This document shows positions 1-9,437 of a stretch of DNA of 64,000 nucleotides, one piece after another (position 1 is the first letter of the stretch; each line of letters begins with the position of its first letter). A program made the position numbers and the translations under genes. The notes under the pieces were generated by a model. The model was not told where the DNA came from, searched no databases, and saw only the letters and a program-made list of their open reading frames with translations. This DNA comes from an uncultured Candidatus Saccharibacteria bacterium (GTDB lineage Bacteria > Patescibacteriota > UBA1384 > JAMDBS01 > CAYSHH01). The stretch is taken from contig CAYSHH010000004.1 of the NCBI GenBank assembly GCA_964430945.1, positions 334 through 64,333 on the forward strand. The letters are read 5' to 3'.

Positions 1-342
1 ACTTCTAAAAGTTTTACAAATCTATCAACGTGCATCACATCAAAATCCCCACCTGCATCAAAAAAAGACACGATATTTCCATTGGCTTTTTTAACGCCGT
101 ACGTCAAAGCATATCCCTTACCTCTATTATTTGTGTAAGAATAAACCCGTATCCGTGAATCTTTTTTGGAGATCTCTCTTGCTTCTTTTTCTGTGTTGTC
201 TGTACACCCATCGCAAACCACGACTATTTCATACGGGTAGTTAGTTTTAAAATCATTTACAATATTCCGTATAGTTTTTTTTATACTACGTTCTTCGTTA
301 TAGGCAGGGACAACAATAGATATTTTGAGATTATTTATCATA
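1..342 (-). CDS. Glycosyltransferase family 2, N-terminal part (gene runs off the window start)
   Basis: The reverse-strand translation starts MINNLKISIVVPAYNEERSI...VVCDGCTDNT...FDAGGDF, a typical GT2 N-terminus (PAYNEE, DGSTDNT-like and D-x-D regions). The start codon is at 340-342. The C-terminus lies outside the window. Confidence 0.6.
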
Positions 343-350
343 AATTTATC

Positions 351-1640
351 TTAATCAGCTTGTGAGGATTCTAATACGTATTGCCTGATTGTTTCTTTCT
401 TATTATAAAGATAATAAATGATAAAGAGAAAAAGTAAAGTTGAAAAGGAAAACATTAGATCGGAAATAATCTGACCGATGTTCTGATGAAACAAATAAAA
501 GAGTATTATTTCCAAGATAAGCGTTGTAATTATAAACCATGCAAAGCGAGTTTTTTTTATTGACAAAAAATACTGAGTAAACATATTGCATAAAACTAAA
601 ATAAGCATAGCAAGCCCAATCTTAGCTAAATATGGACTAACAACTAGAAATTTTTCTCCATATAAAAGATTAACAATTTGACTTGGGAAATAATAATAAA
701 TAATGAGTGCTGGGGTTCCTAAAAGTAATATAAGTCCAACCGTTTGTGCCAAAAGAAAGAAATGTTTTTTACCCTTGGTATGATATTCGCTTATAATTGG
801 AAACATTACTAAAATTATTGGCGTAATCGCATAGAAAATAATCTTTCCCATATCTGAAAGAGCTGCATAGTATCCCGCATCGATTTCGGATAGAAAATAT
901 TTAGCAAGCGGTATATCAATAAATGCCAATACAGAGAAAAAACCAAGTGCCAAAAAAGTATTGGAAAAATACTTATACAAAGTTTTTAATTCTATCTTAT
1001 TGTCATTTTTTTGACGATATTTTCTTAATATTACGACCGTTGCCATAAAAAGTATTGCCGATGATCCAACTAGGCCGAATACTGCACTATTTACCTTCAA
1101 GCCAAGATAAAAGAAGGCAAAAAGAAGGATCAGTTTAGAAAGAGCTTCAAGTATATTTAGTCCAACAAATTTTGGAAACTCCTGTTTTCCTCTTAAAACA
1201 CCCTTCGCTACATTATTGGCAAATATAAATAAAAAAATCGCACTTAGATATTTTACATAGGCAGGATCAATTTTAAACCACAAACCAATTTTATTAGACA
1301 TAAGTAACACTATTATTGCAACAATAGCACCCATATATATTGCATATTTGGTAAGGGTACGATAAATAAAATTAATTTTCCCTTCTTCTTTTTTAGCAAT
1401 TGCCTCAGAGATAAATTTTGTAACTACGTTATCGATTGAAACGCTAAAAACTGTAAAAAACATAACAATTGATACTAAAAAACTAATAACGCCATAATCA
1501 ATTGGTCCAAGTAGCCTTCCGCTAAAAGTCTTAAATAAATAGTTTAAAATACTTACTAAAAAACTTCCTATAAATACGACAAAACTTGATTTCAGGAAGT
1601 TTTTATCTAGTCTAAATTTCGCAAAAATCTTATTTATCAT
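351..1640 (-). CDS. Polysaccharide biosynthesis flippase (MOP/Wzx-like), polytopic membrane protein
   Basis: The 429-aa ORF is highly hydrophobic with about 12-14 predicted TM segments. It sits between a GT2 gene and folD and has the general architecture of Wzx-like oligosaccharide flippases. Confidence 0.55.
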   Translation of the reverse strand: MINKIFAKFRLDKNFLKSSFVVFIGSFLVSILNYLFKTFSGRLLGPIDYGVISFLVSIVMFFTVFSVSIDNVVTKFISEAIAKKEEGKINFIYRTLTKYAIYMGAIVAIIVLLMSNKIGLWFKIDPAYVKYLSAIFLFIFANNVAKGVLRGKQEFPKFVGLNILEALSKLILLFAFFYLGLKVNSAVFGLVGSSAILFMATVVILRKYRQKNDNKIELKTLYKYFSNTFLALGFFSVLAFIDIPLAKYFLSEIDAGYYAALSDMGKIIFYAITPIILVMFPIISEYHTKGKKHFFLLAQTVGLILLLGTPALIIYYYFPSQIVNLLYGEKFLVVSPYLAKIGLAMLILVLCNMFTQYFLSIKKTRFAWFIITTLILEIILFYLFHQNIGQIISDLMFSFSTLLFLFIIYYLYNKKETIRQYVLESSQAD

Positions 1641-2487
1641 TCCGATTTCTTTCTATAGCCAGCTTAACTACGTTTTCAAGCATTTTTGCTACAGTGACTG
1701 GACCAATGCCCCCACGAGATGGAGTAATATAACCTGCTCTATCCTCAACATTATCAACATCAACGTCTCCCAAGATTTTACCACCAACTTTCGTAGTTCC
1801 CGCATCAATAACAATTGCATTCTTTTTGATCATCTCTCTTTTTATTAGATGAGCAGTTCCTGTGGCTGAAACTAAGATATCTGCCTTTTGCGTATAGTTG
1901 GATAGGTTCTCAGTCTTATGGTTACAAATTGTCAATGTGGCCATACGATTTGATAAGCTTATCATCGCTGCCAGTGGTTTACCAACTAATTTTCCATACC
2001 CCACAATTACCACATGCTTACCAGTTAAACTTATTTTATAATAGTCTAAAATTTCCAAGATCGCGGCTGGTGTAGGGGGTATGACATTTGGACTATCAAG
2101 GAGTAGCCTACCAAGATTTTCTGGACACAATCCGTCTACATCCTTTTTGGGATCAATACTATAGAGTACTTGATTAGTGTTTATTTCTTTTGGCAATGGA
2201 AGCTGGATAAGTATTGCATCAGTCATGTCATTGTTAAGTTTTTCAATGGTGGCTATGATCTCATATGTAGTAATATCTTTATCAAGAACAATATTTTCAG
2301 TAATAATTCCTAACTCTTGCGCTTTTTTTTCTTTAATAGATACATAAAGTTTACTAGCCGGATCATCTCCAACTAAAACAACGGCTAACTTAGGAATAAT
2401 ATTTTTAGCCTTGAGATTTAATATTTCTTTTTTGGTTTTAGTATTGATTTTTTTTGCTACTAAAACACCATCCAATATCTTAGACAT
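1630..2487 (-). CDS. folD: Bifunctional 5,10-methylene-tetrahydrofolate dehydrogenase/cyclohydrolase
   Basis: 285 aa with the FolD-characteristic N-terminus (ILDGVLVAKKI..., PKLAVVLVGDDPAS) and the Rossmann region (VVIVGYGKLVGKPLAAM). It is adjacent to glyA, the classic one-carbon gene pair. Confidence 0.9.
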   Translation of the reverse strand: MSKILDGVLVAKKINTKTKKEILNLKAKNIIPKLAVVLVGDDPASKLYVSIKEKKAQELGIITENIVLDKDITTYEIIATIEKLNNDMTDAILIQLPLPKEINTNQVLYSIDPKKDVDGLCPENLGRLLLDSPNVIPPTPAAILEILDYYKISLTGKHVVIVGYGKLVGKPLAAMISLSNRMATLTICNHKTENLSNYTQKADILVSATGTAHLIKREMIKKNAIVIDAGTTKVGGKILGDVDVDNVEDRAGYITPSRGGIGPVTVAKMLENVVKLAIERNRNDK

Positions 2488-2521
2488 TATAACAATATTC
2501 TAATCTGTTTTTTGGTATAAA

Positions 2522-3769
2522 TCAATTAATTCCAGGCACTGGAAAATTTTTACACATTTTTTTAACTTCTTTTTTGATTTTCGAAAGCTTGTCGTTGTCT
2601 TTATGATTTTTGCATGCTCCAAGTATCCAATTTCCGATAGTCACCATCTCTTTTTCCTTCATGCCTCGGGTAGTTATTGCAGGAGTTCCGAGTCTGACAC
2701 CGGATGGATCCATTGGTTTTCGCATATCATAGGGAATCATATTTTTGTTAGCTGATATTCCAGCTTTATCAAGTGCCCGCTCAGCAATTTTTCCAGTAAG
2801 ACCTATACTTGTCATATCACAAAGCATAAGATGATTATCGGTTCCTCCAGAAATGATTCTTATTCCACCGCCTTCTAGTGTTTTTGCCAAAACACGAGCA
2901 TTTTTAATAACTTGCTTAGCATAAGTTCTAAAACTCGGACTAAGCGCTTCTCCAAACGCTACAGCTTTTGCAGCATTGATGTGATCATGTGGTCCACCTT
3001 GAAGACCTGGAAAGACTGCTCGATCTATATCTTTAGCAAATTTACGCTTACACATTATCATTGCTCCCCGTGGACCCCGGAGAGTTTTATGAGTTGTAGT
3101 GGTGACCACATCAAATATTGGTACGGGGTTTTCTAGCTGCTTTCCGGCAATAAGTCCTGCTACATGAGCAATGTCAGCGAAAGTAACAGCGTTGATCTTT
3201 TTGGCAATTTTGGAAAATCTTTTCCAATCAAAATCACGGGAATATGCAGAAAATCCAGCTATGATCATTTTTGGCTTTTCTCGAAGAGCAATTTTTTCTA
3301 CCTCATCCATATCAACTTGTTCTGTTTTTTTATCAACGAAATAAGGGATAATTTTATAAAGCCTACCTGAAAAATTTAGTGGATGACCATGCGAAAGGTG
3401 ACCACCCTGATCAAGTGAAAATCCCATTACTTTATCACCTGGACTCAAAAGTGCGAAATACACAGCCATATTTGCAGGGCTTCCAGAGAGAGGTTGTATA
3501 TTTACGTGTTCTGCATCAAATAGCCTTTTAACTCTAGAAACTGCCAATTCTTCAACTTTATCAATCACTTGATTTCCAGCATAATATCTTTTTCCTGGAT
3601 AACCCTCGGAATATTTATTGGTCAGTACTGAACCCATGGCCTCCATAACCGATTCGGAAACATGGTTCTCCGAAGCGATTAATTCTATCCCTTCTTTTTG
3701 CCTTTTTGCCTCTTCTAATATAAAATTATATAATTTTTTGTCTGATTTTTTTAGATCGTCTAAGTACAT
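2522..3769 (-). CDS. glyA: Serine hydroxymethyltransferase
   Basis: 415 aa. The stretch ELIASENHVSESVMEAMGSVLTNKYSEGYPGKRYYAG and the PLP-binding region TTTTHKTLRGPRGAMI are SHMT hallmarks. Confidence 0.93.
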   Translation of the reverse strand: MYLDDLKKSDKKLYNFILEEAKRQKEGIELIASENHVSESVMEAMGSVLTNKYSEGYPGKRYYAGNQVIDKVEELAVSRVKRLFDAEHVNIQPLSGSPANMAVYFALLSPGDKVMGFSLDQGGHLSHGHPLNFSGRLYKIIPYFVDKKTEQVDMDEVEKIALREKPKMIIAGFSAYSRDFDWKRFSKIAKKINAVTFADIAHVAGLIAGKQLENPVPIFDVVTTTTHKTLRGPRGAMIMCKRKFAKDIDRAVFPGLQGGPHDHINAAKAVAFGEALSPSFRTYAKQVIKNARVLAKTLEGGGIRIISGGTDNHLMLCDMTSIGLTGKIAERALDKAGISANKNMIPYDMRKPMDPSGVRLGTPAITTRGMKEKEMVTIGNWILGACKNHKDNDKLSKIKKEVKKMCKNFPVPGIN

Positions 3770-3880
3770 ATGATACCCAACCTTTCTAAATATTAAAATT
3801 AGTTCTAATAAAAAACTGTTCTACTTTTATTAGAACAGTTTCGTATGATCTTTGCAATGTATAAATATTTCATTTATCTT

Positions 3881-4387
3881 TCAAAATTTGAACCACTTGG
3901 AAAATAGATCGGTCGCTGTGGCTTTAACATTCGTATTCTCAGGTAAATATATTCGTATAAAATCAACGATCTCTTTTTCATCGATACCCTCAATAAATAC
4001 ACTGACCGGTGCCGAAAATCTTTTAGTCATCTCAAAGTGTAGGTCGGGAGTGTTTTCGACATAAGTTATAAAATAAGTCTTAAAATCAGCCATCGGGTAA
4101 AATTTATCATTAATTTTTAAACCGTCTTTCGTGAGCTTACAAATCCTATTTTTTGGTTTCTGATTCGCAGTAATAAATAAAACAGCAACGGCCAATATAA
4201 CCATGATCATAGCCAAGATATTATTTACATAATAAAAAAGTATAGTCAGTGCTATCCCGACTGTTACAAGAATCACATACCACTGAGTATTCTTCTGATA
4301 TTGAATAAATTCTGGAGCTTGCCAGGAAAGTATCTTGTTATTAGTTTTCATTGGCATCGAATCGAGTTTTCTAATTTTTCTAATCAT
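3881..4387 (-). CDS. Hypothetical membrane protein (2 TM helices)
   Basis: The ORF has two clear hydrophobic helices (VILVTVGIALTILFYYV / MIMVILAVAVLFI). The start was chosen at the internal Met (MIRK) to limit overlap with the upstream gene. No family was recognised. Confidence 0.35.
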   Translation of the reverse strand: MIRKIRKLDSMPMKTNNKILSWQAPEFIQYQKNTQWYVILVTVGIALTILFYYVNNILAMIMVILAVAVLFITANQKPKNRICKLTKDGLKINDKFYPMADFKTYFITYVENTPDLHFEMTKRFSAPVSVFIEGIDEKEIVDFIRIYLPENTNVKATATDLFSKWFKF

Positions 4388-4853
4388 ATATTTCCCTCTT
4401 TTTATATAAGCCAATCAACTGAGCTTGATCAATAATATATACACTGATTTTATCATTAAAATTATTTTTGTCGATGTTCTCAATTTTCTCAATATTCAAG
4501 GCATAAATCTGAAAAATGTATCTATGTGTTCCAGATGGAGGGCAGGGACCACCATATTCTTTTCTTCCAAAATCATTCACGATATTCTGAGCACTATCTA
4601 TCATCATCGCACCTTTTGGTATATGAGTAATATTCATTGGAATATTAACAATTATCCAATGGACAAAATCATTACTTGGACTGTCTGGGTCTCGACAAAT
4701 CAGGGCAAAACTTCTAGTTTCTTTTGGGTAATCCTCCCAATAAATTTCTGGCGATATATTATCTCCACTACAGCCGTACTCAGACGGTATATTACCATTG
4801 TTCTTAAAACTAGTACTCCTGATTTTCATACTGTCTTTTGTTATTGTGTTCAA
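4380..4853 (-). CDS. YbhB/YbcL-family (PEBP / Raf-kinase-inhibitor-like) protein
   Basis: 157 aa with the PEBP signature region DPDSP...FVHWIIVNIP...GGPCPPSGTHRYIFQIYALN. Confidence 0.75.
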   Translation of the reverse strand: MNTITKDSMKIRSTSFKNNGNIPSEYGCSGDNISPEIYWEDYPKETRSFALICRDPDSPSNDFVHWIIVNIPMNITHIPKGAMMIDSAQNIVNDFGRKEYGGPCPPSGTHRYIFQIYALNIEKIENIDKNNFNDKISVYIIDQAQLIGLYKKREIYD

Positions 4854-6014
4854 TTAAATTGTACCACTTTTGCAAATCTTTGCATAAACTAGCGCCGACG
4901 ACCTTATATTTCTTTTTTGAGTTTTATAATCAATCTCAATAAGCCCGAATCTGGGTTTAAAACCATGTGTCCATTCAAAATTATCCATTAGCGACCAGTA
5001 AAGATAACCTTTTATATCTACCCCGTTTTTTATCGCACGATGGACATATCTCAAATGATTTACGATAAATTTAGCTCTTAATTTATCTTTGGCATCTGCT
5101 AGACCATTTTCTGTAATTATAATTGGTTTTTTGTATTTTTTGAGATCCATTAGTATATGGTAAATCCCCTCTGGATATATTTCCCATTTCATATCAGAAA
5201 CAAGTTTATTTTTATTTTTAACTTTAAAAAATGGGGGATTCATCATAGCGACAATATTGTCGTGAAAATAATAATTAAGACCGATAAAATCAAATTGAGT
5301 TTTGTCTAAAAAATAATGATTCCAATATTTTTTTAGTTTTTTGGCGATCAATCCACCCTCAAAATATGCATTATTCTTAGAAAATCCTACTAACGAGTCT
5401 GAGCAATTTTTCTTAATTATTTTATATACTTCATTGTGAGCTTCAATTATATTATTTACCACTTTGATGGCTAAAAATAAATTCTTTTTACCTGGAGGCC
5501 AAACTCCTTTTGCAAAGCTTCCGTTTGCATATACGCACGGCTCATTTAAGCTAATCCAATATTTCACACCCTCAATTTTTCGAGTCACTAGATTGACATA
5601 TTCTAAAAAATATTTGATATTTTCTTTTTTTTCCCAACCACCAAGATCAGAAAACCACTTTGGGTTTGTGAAGTGATGTAGAGTGACAAATGGCTCAATT
5701 CCTAAATTCTTACAATAATCTACTACGTCTTGGTAATGTTGAATCGCTGATTCATTGATCTGTTTATTTGACGGTTTAATTTTTGCCCACTCTATCGAAA
5801 ATCGAAAAGCATTTTGATTTAATTTTTTAGCCAAATCAAGATCTTCCCTATATCGGTTCCAAAAATCGCAAGCTTTACCAGACTTATCATTATTAGTAAT
5901 ATTTTTATCCTGTTCCCATTCCCACCAATCGCTATTAGAATTATCACCCTCAACTTGATGAGCGCTAGTAGCCGACCCCCAATAAAAATTTTTAGGAAAT
6001 TTTATTTCTTCCAT
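4854..6014 (-). CDS. Glycoside hydrolase family 1 (beta-glucosidase/beta-galactosidase-like)
   Basis: The N-terminus [18 protein letters not shown], the acid/base region LNEP, and the nucleophile motif ITENG are all GH1 hallmarks. It is somewhat short (386 aa) for the family. Confidence 0.8.
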   Translation of the reverse strand: MEEIKFPKNFYWGSATSAHQVEGDNSNSDWWEWEQDKNITNNDKSGKACDFWNRYREDLDLAKKLNQNAFRFSIEWAKIKPSNKQINESAIQHYQDVVDYCKNLGIEPFVTLHHFTNPKWFSDLGGWEKKENIKYFLEYVNLVTRKIEGVKYWISLNEPCVYANGSFAKGVWPPGKKNLFLAIKVVNNIIEAHNEVYKIIKKNCSDSLVGFSKNNAYFEGGLIAKKLKKYWNHYFLDKTQFDFIGLNYYFHDNIVAMMNPPFFKVKNKNKLVSDMKWEIYPEGIYHILMDLKKYKKPIIITENGLADAKDKLRAKFIVNHLRYVHRAIKNGVDIKGYLYWSLMDNFEWTHGFKPRFGLIEIDYKTQKRNIRSSALVYAKICKSGTI

Positions 6015-6388
6015 AGTCCATGTATATTACAATATGCTCTTGTTATTATGTTTGTAGCATTGATTTGAAACTCTGCTTCTGGCTTGTCACCTGGTTTTAA
6101 AAACTTCTTATAGCATTTCCCGTCTGCGAGAATTTCAATCCATTCAATATAGTGCTCATCCTCCATAGGATGTTCAACTTTGCCAATTTTTACTTTTATC
6201 TTGTTGTCAGATTTTTCAACTATTGGTACATGTTTTTCTCCTACTTCGGGATCGGATGTTTTTTCCTCAAGGTGTTTCATCGGCTTACCACAACAAACAA
6301 GTTCTCCTCCACCAACGTGATTTACTTCAACAATATTTCCACAAATATTGCATTTATAAACTTCACCAATTTTTTTAACATTACTCAT
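6002..6388 (-). CDS. dfx: Desulfoferrodoxin-type superoxide reductase
   Basis: The N-terminal desulforedoxin-like Cys cluster ([10 protein letters not shown]...[10 protein letters not shown]) is followed by the neelaredoxin-like centre II region (EKHVPIVEK...[13 protein letters not shown]...CNIHGLW). Confidence 0.8.
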   Translation of the reverse strand: MSNVKKIGEVYKCNICGNIVEVNHVGGGELVCCGKPMKHLEEKTSDPEVGEKHVPIVEKSDNKIKVKIGKVEHPMEDEHYIEWIEILADGKCYKKFLKPGDKPEAEFQINATNIITRAYCNIHGLWKK

Positions 6389-6420
6389 TTATAAACTCCT
6401 TTTCTTATTACTATTAATCT

Positions 6421-7263
6421 TTATTGTAAAAGTCCAATAAAATCCCCGATCTCGCTATACCCACTGACTCGTTCTCTATTGAGCTTGTAAATATCTTCAA
6501 TATTATTTGAATTTCCTTCGTTAGTAGTAACAGCACCTCGATATCCCGCTTTTTTTGTTAATTCGATTGTCTCGTCGTCGTATTTACCTGCGGGATAAGA
6601 AAGGAAAGTTACTACATTACCGACGCTTTCTTCGATAATTCTCTTGCTTTCAGATATTTGATTCTTTTCCTCTTCCTGTGAAATATTTGCAAGATTTGGG
6701 TGAGATAATGTATGCGATTCTATCTGCCAACCAGCTTGCTTTAATTCCCTAATCTCATTTAAATCAAGGTATCTATCTTCGCCAATATAATTAGTAATTA
6801 TAAATATTGTACCAGTGTAGTTGTATTTTTTCATAATTGGAAATGCATTTTCATAAATATCATGATAACCATCGTCAAATGTCAATACGATATTATTTTC
6901 ATTATCATCCATAAACAAATCGTCTAGACTTATTGTCTGATAATTATTTTCGTGCAAATATATCATCTGTTTGGAAAATTGTTCCAAGGGTATGCTTAAC
7001 CCTTTTTCAATATCGTCGTCATCGGTTTGGTGGTCTTTTACATGATGATACATGAGTATCGGAGTTTCGCTTGTTATCTTTTCCTTTTCGGGAAATATAT
7101 TACCAACCCAAGAGAATTTTTTACTCTTTTTGGCTGATTTGATATAGATATTTATTCTCTCGGTTGCGACATGACAAGCACTTGGGTTTGCCAAGACAAA
7201 TAATCCACCGGCAATAGTCAATAAAAAGATTATTAGAAAAAATGATTTACCAATTGATTTCAT
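6421..7263 (-). CDS. Polysaccharide deacetylase (NodB-homology domain), secreted/anchored
   Basis: An N-terminal signal/anchor is followed by NodB motifs: ILMYHHV, LTFDDGY, and the later LSYPAGK... region. Confidence 0.75.
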   Translation of the reverse strand: MKSIGKSFFLIIFLLTIAGGLFVLANPSACHVATERINIYIKSAKKSKKFSWVGNIFPEKEKITSETPILMYHHVKDHQTDDDDIEKGLSIPLEQFSKQMIYLHENNYQTISLDDLFMDDNENNIVLTFDDGYHDIYENAFPIMKKYNYTGTIFIITNYIGEDRYLDLNEIRELKQAGWQIESHTLSHPNLANISQEEEKNQISESKRIIEESVGNVVTFLSYPAGKYDDETIELTKKAGYRGAVTTNEGNSNNIEDIYKLNRERVSGYSEIGDFIGLLQ

Positions 7264-7338
7264 TCTTGTCCTCCTTGAAATAATTATAGCATTGGTATAG
7301 ATTATAAGCGATACAATATTAATAGCGGGGGTAAATTT

Positions 7339-7902
7339 ATGAAAAAAATAATCTTATCGTTGATCATTTTATTTTCGGTATTAATCTTATCTGGGTGCAC
7401 AAATACAAATACCAATAATGCTCCAGATAGTCTTAGTAATCCTGCAGAAAATCAATCGATCAGTTTTTCAAATCTCAAGGACGCATTCAATAGCAAGGAT
7501 AGTCTCAAGTGTACTTACGAATACAAAGATTCAGATAATTCCTTTCAGGGCAATATTTACATGAAAGACAATAAATTTAAAACTATTATGGGCATCGAAG
7601 GACAAAAAATAAATTCGCTTTTTGATGGGACTACATATTATTCATGGATGGACGGTCAAACTCAGGGGTTTAAGATGGATACACAGTGTCTGAAAGAAGT
7701 ATCACAAGAAGGAGTAAAAACGGACGAATTTGACCCCAGTCAATCATTTTTTTCGATGGATGACTTTGATTCTGCTTTTCAAGTAAGATGCGAGAAATCA
7801 AATATGGATTTATCTATACCGGGCAATATTGAATTTCAGGATATGTGCGAACTTCTTAAAAATCTAACAAGCGCTTTTGAAAATATGAATCTTTCTCAAT
7901 AG
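7339..7902 (+). CDS. Putative lipoprotein (function unknown)
   Basis: MKKIILSLIILFSVLILSGC has a signal peptide with a lipobox (LSGC). The mature part is hydrophilic. Confidence 0.5.
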   Translation: MKKIILSLIILFSVLILSGCTNTNTNNAPDSLSNPAENQSISFSNLKDAFNSKDSLKCTYEYKDSDNSFQGNIYMKDNKFKTIMGIEGQKINSLFDGTTYYSWMDGQTQGFKMDTQCLKEVSQEGVKTDEFDPSQSFFSMDDFDSAFQVRCEKSNMDLSIPGNIEFQDMCELLKNLTSAFENMNLSQ

Positions 7903-7928
7903 ACAGACAAGATATTTCAAAAAAATAA

Positions 7929-7955
7929 AACAGACTCATCTGGTCTGTTTTTATC
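7929..7955 (+). terminator. Rho-independent terminator after the lipoprotein gene
   Basis: The hairpin aacagac-tcatctg-gtctgtt is followed by tttatcttt. Confidence 0.5.
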
Positions 7956-7976
7956 TTTATAATTATCAAGCAAGTT

Positions 7977-8264
7977 CTATCTCTCTGGTCTAATTATTGT
8001 TTTACGTTGAGTAGCATTGACGACATAGGTTGAAATATCAACCAATATTGCTATACCAAGCCAGATCCAATCAAGTCCAAATATTGGGAAAACTAAAGTA
8101 TACATTAGCACTGTCCATGGCATAAATATTAGTCCCAAAACTGGCCAAAACCAATGACCGCTAAAGGCGGCAGTGGTTTTAAGCTGTCCATAAGGCAGAA
8201 GCCAATAAATCAAGAATGCCAAACGTGGGCCAAAAACTCCCAACACTGCTAAAAGACAACACAT
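7977..8264 (-). CDS. Small hypothetical membrane protein (95 aa)
   Basis: Three hydrophobic segments. No recognisable family. Confidence 0.3.
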   Translation of the reverse strand: MCCLLAVLGVFGPRLAFLIYWLLPYGQLKTTAAFSGHWFWPVLGLIFMPWTVLMYTLVFPIFGLDWIWLGIAILVDISTYVVNATQRKTIIRPER

Positions 8265-8290
8265 ATTTCCTTCTTAAATTAATATCTATC

Positions 8291-8383
8291 TGGCGGAGGC
8301 GAGAGGATTCGAACCTCTGTGGCGGCTTTTAGACCACCGACGGTTTAGCAAACCGTTCCCTTAAGCCACTCGGGCACGCCTCC
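8291..8383 (-). tRNA. tRNA-Ser (anticodon GCT)
   Basis: The reverse complement folds as GGAGGCG / D-arm / anticodon stem ACGGT-TTGCTAA-ACCGT / long variable arm / T-arm AGAGGTTCGAATCCTCT / CGCCTCC-G-CCA. It is a type II (long-arm) tRNA. Confidence 0.85.
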
Positions 8384-8389
8384 CTAATC

Positions 8390-8479
8390 TGGCGGAGAGA
8401 GAGGGATTCGAACCCCCGAGACCCGTGAGGGCCTAACGGTTTTCAAGACCGTCGCAATCGACCACTCTGCCATCTCTCC
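8390..8479 (-). tRNA. tRNA-Ser (anticodon TGA)
   Basis: The reverse complement reads GGAGAGATGGCAGAGTGG...ACGGT-CTTGAAA-ACCGT...GGGGGTTCGAATCCCTC-TCTCTCC-G-CCA. It has a long variable arm and an encoded CCA. Confidence 0.85.
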
Positions 8480-8490
8480 AAACTAAAGCG

Positions 8491-8519
8491 ATTATAACTT
8501 AAATTTCCTTGTAAATCAA
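8491..8519 (-). promoter_or_regulatory. Sigma70-like promoter for the minus-strand tRNA-Ser pair
   Basis: On the minus strand there is TTGATT, a 17-nt spacer, then TATAAT. This ends about 12 nt before the tRNA-Ser(TGA) 5' end. Confidence 0.45.
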
Positions 8520-8537
8520 CGATTTTACTGGTAAAAT
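8509..8537 (+). promoter_or_regulatory. Sigma70-like promoter (with TG-extended -10) for tRNA-Arg and tRNA-Ser(CGA)
   Basis: TTGTAA, a 17-nt spacer ending in TGg, then TAAAAT. The tRNA-Arg starts about 12 nt downstream. The -35 elements of the two divergent promoters overlap. Confidence 0.5.
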
Positions 8538-8549
8538 CTTATCTGTTAA

Positions 8550-8626
8550 GCGCTCGTAGCTCAGTTGGATAGAGCGTCAGATTGCGGATCTGAAGGTCGC
8601 AGGTTCAAATCCTGCCGGGCGCACCA
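8550..8626 (+). tRNA. tRNA-Arg (anticodon reads GCG)
   Basis: GCGCTCG-TA-GCTCAGTTGGATAGAGC-G-TCAGA-TTGCGGA-TCTGA-AGGTC-GCAGGTTCAAATCCTGC-CGGGCGC-A-CCA. The D-arm is typical of bacterial tRNA-Arg. Confidence 0.8.
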
Positions 8627-8661
8627 TATCTCATTAATTGTCTCAACATATAATTTATTCA

Positions 8662-8753
8662 GGAGAGGTCGCATAGTGGTCTAGTGCGCTTGTTTCGAAA
8701 ACAAGTGTCTTTTTTATTAAGGACCGTGGGTTCAAATCCCACCCTCTCCGCCA
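8662..8753 (+). tRNA. tRNA-Ser (anticodon CGA)
   Basis: GGAGAGG...CTTGT-TTCGAAA-ACAAG, a long variable arm, T-arm GTGGGTTCAAATCCCAC, then CCTCTCC-G-CCA. Confidence 0.85.
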
Positions 8754-8942
8754 GGTAGACTTTGGAACTTCTTATCCTGCTACAAAGGAGGATAAGAAGG
8801 GACAAAGATAGCAGAAGAACCTCATGTGGTTCTTTTTGTGTTTAAATAGCCCTGTTTTTGATGGACAGAGAATGGGTCTCGAACCATCCATCCAAACTAA
8901 AGAAGTTCCTTTAGTGTGGAACTTTTAAGCAATTATTAATAA

Positions 8943-9434
8943 TTAACTCATTTTGAGATCATTTTCTCGATATATTTCTTTAGGATGGAAATTTGCTTCA
9001 ATAAATTTTTTAGTTTCTCCATCAAAAGTAGCATTTCCTTCAATATCTTTTCCTTCAAAAAATATTGGCATCCATTCTTTATCAGCTGGCCACATCTTAT
9101 CATATGGAATATTCTCTTTATTAAACCACTTTGGAGCCATTTCTTCTGTTTCTTTAGGATCGCCTTCATAATCAGTTACTTCAAATATATGCATTTCTAT
9201 CTCTTTGTCAGTTCCTTGAAAGAAAAAGTTGATTACCCCTCTTTCTTTAAAATCTTTAGCAATTATACTAGATTCCTCTTCTAATTCTCTTATCATTGCT
9301 TTTTCAACTGTTTCATCTTTCTTAACTTTACCACCATACCCATTCCACCAGCCTTCTCCAAATCCACGTTTTTTCATAGCTAAAAGGACTTTATCGTCTT
9401 TTTCTATGATAGCTAATGTTGTGATTTGCTTCAT
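8943..9434 (-). CDS. Nudix hydrolase (MutT-like)
   Basis: Nudix box GGKVKKDETVEKAMIRELEEESSI (G-x5-E-x7-REUxEExGU). Confidence 0.8.
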   Translation of the reverse strand: MKQITTLAIIEKDDKVLLAMKKRGFGEGWWNGYGGKVKKDETVEKAMIRELEEESSIIAKDFKERGVINFFFQGTDKEIEMHIFEVTDYEGDPKETEEMAPKWFNKENIPYDKMWPADKEWMPIFFEGKDIEGNATFDGETKKFIEANFHPKEIYRENDLKMS

Positions 9435-9437
9435 GAA

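Noticed and set aside
2912-3370. Antisense ORFs (74 and 68 aa) inside glyA, and many similar 60-150-aa ORFs in the six-frame track (for example 4425..4892, 5464..5676, 15506..15943, 17600..18167, 38266..39286, 44022..44376, 61386..62066)
   Set aside because: They are shadow ORFs on the opposite strand or in an alternative frame of strongly supported conserved genes. They have low-complexity composition with no motifs.
8862-8940. A fifth full tRNA gene on the minus strand
   Set aside because: Only a T-arm/acceptor-like 3' portion can be folded. There is no complementary 5' acceptor strand, D-arm or canonical anticodon loop, so it is reported only as a tRNA-like fragment.
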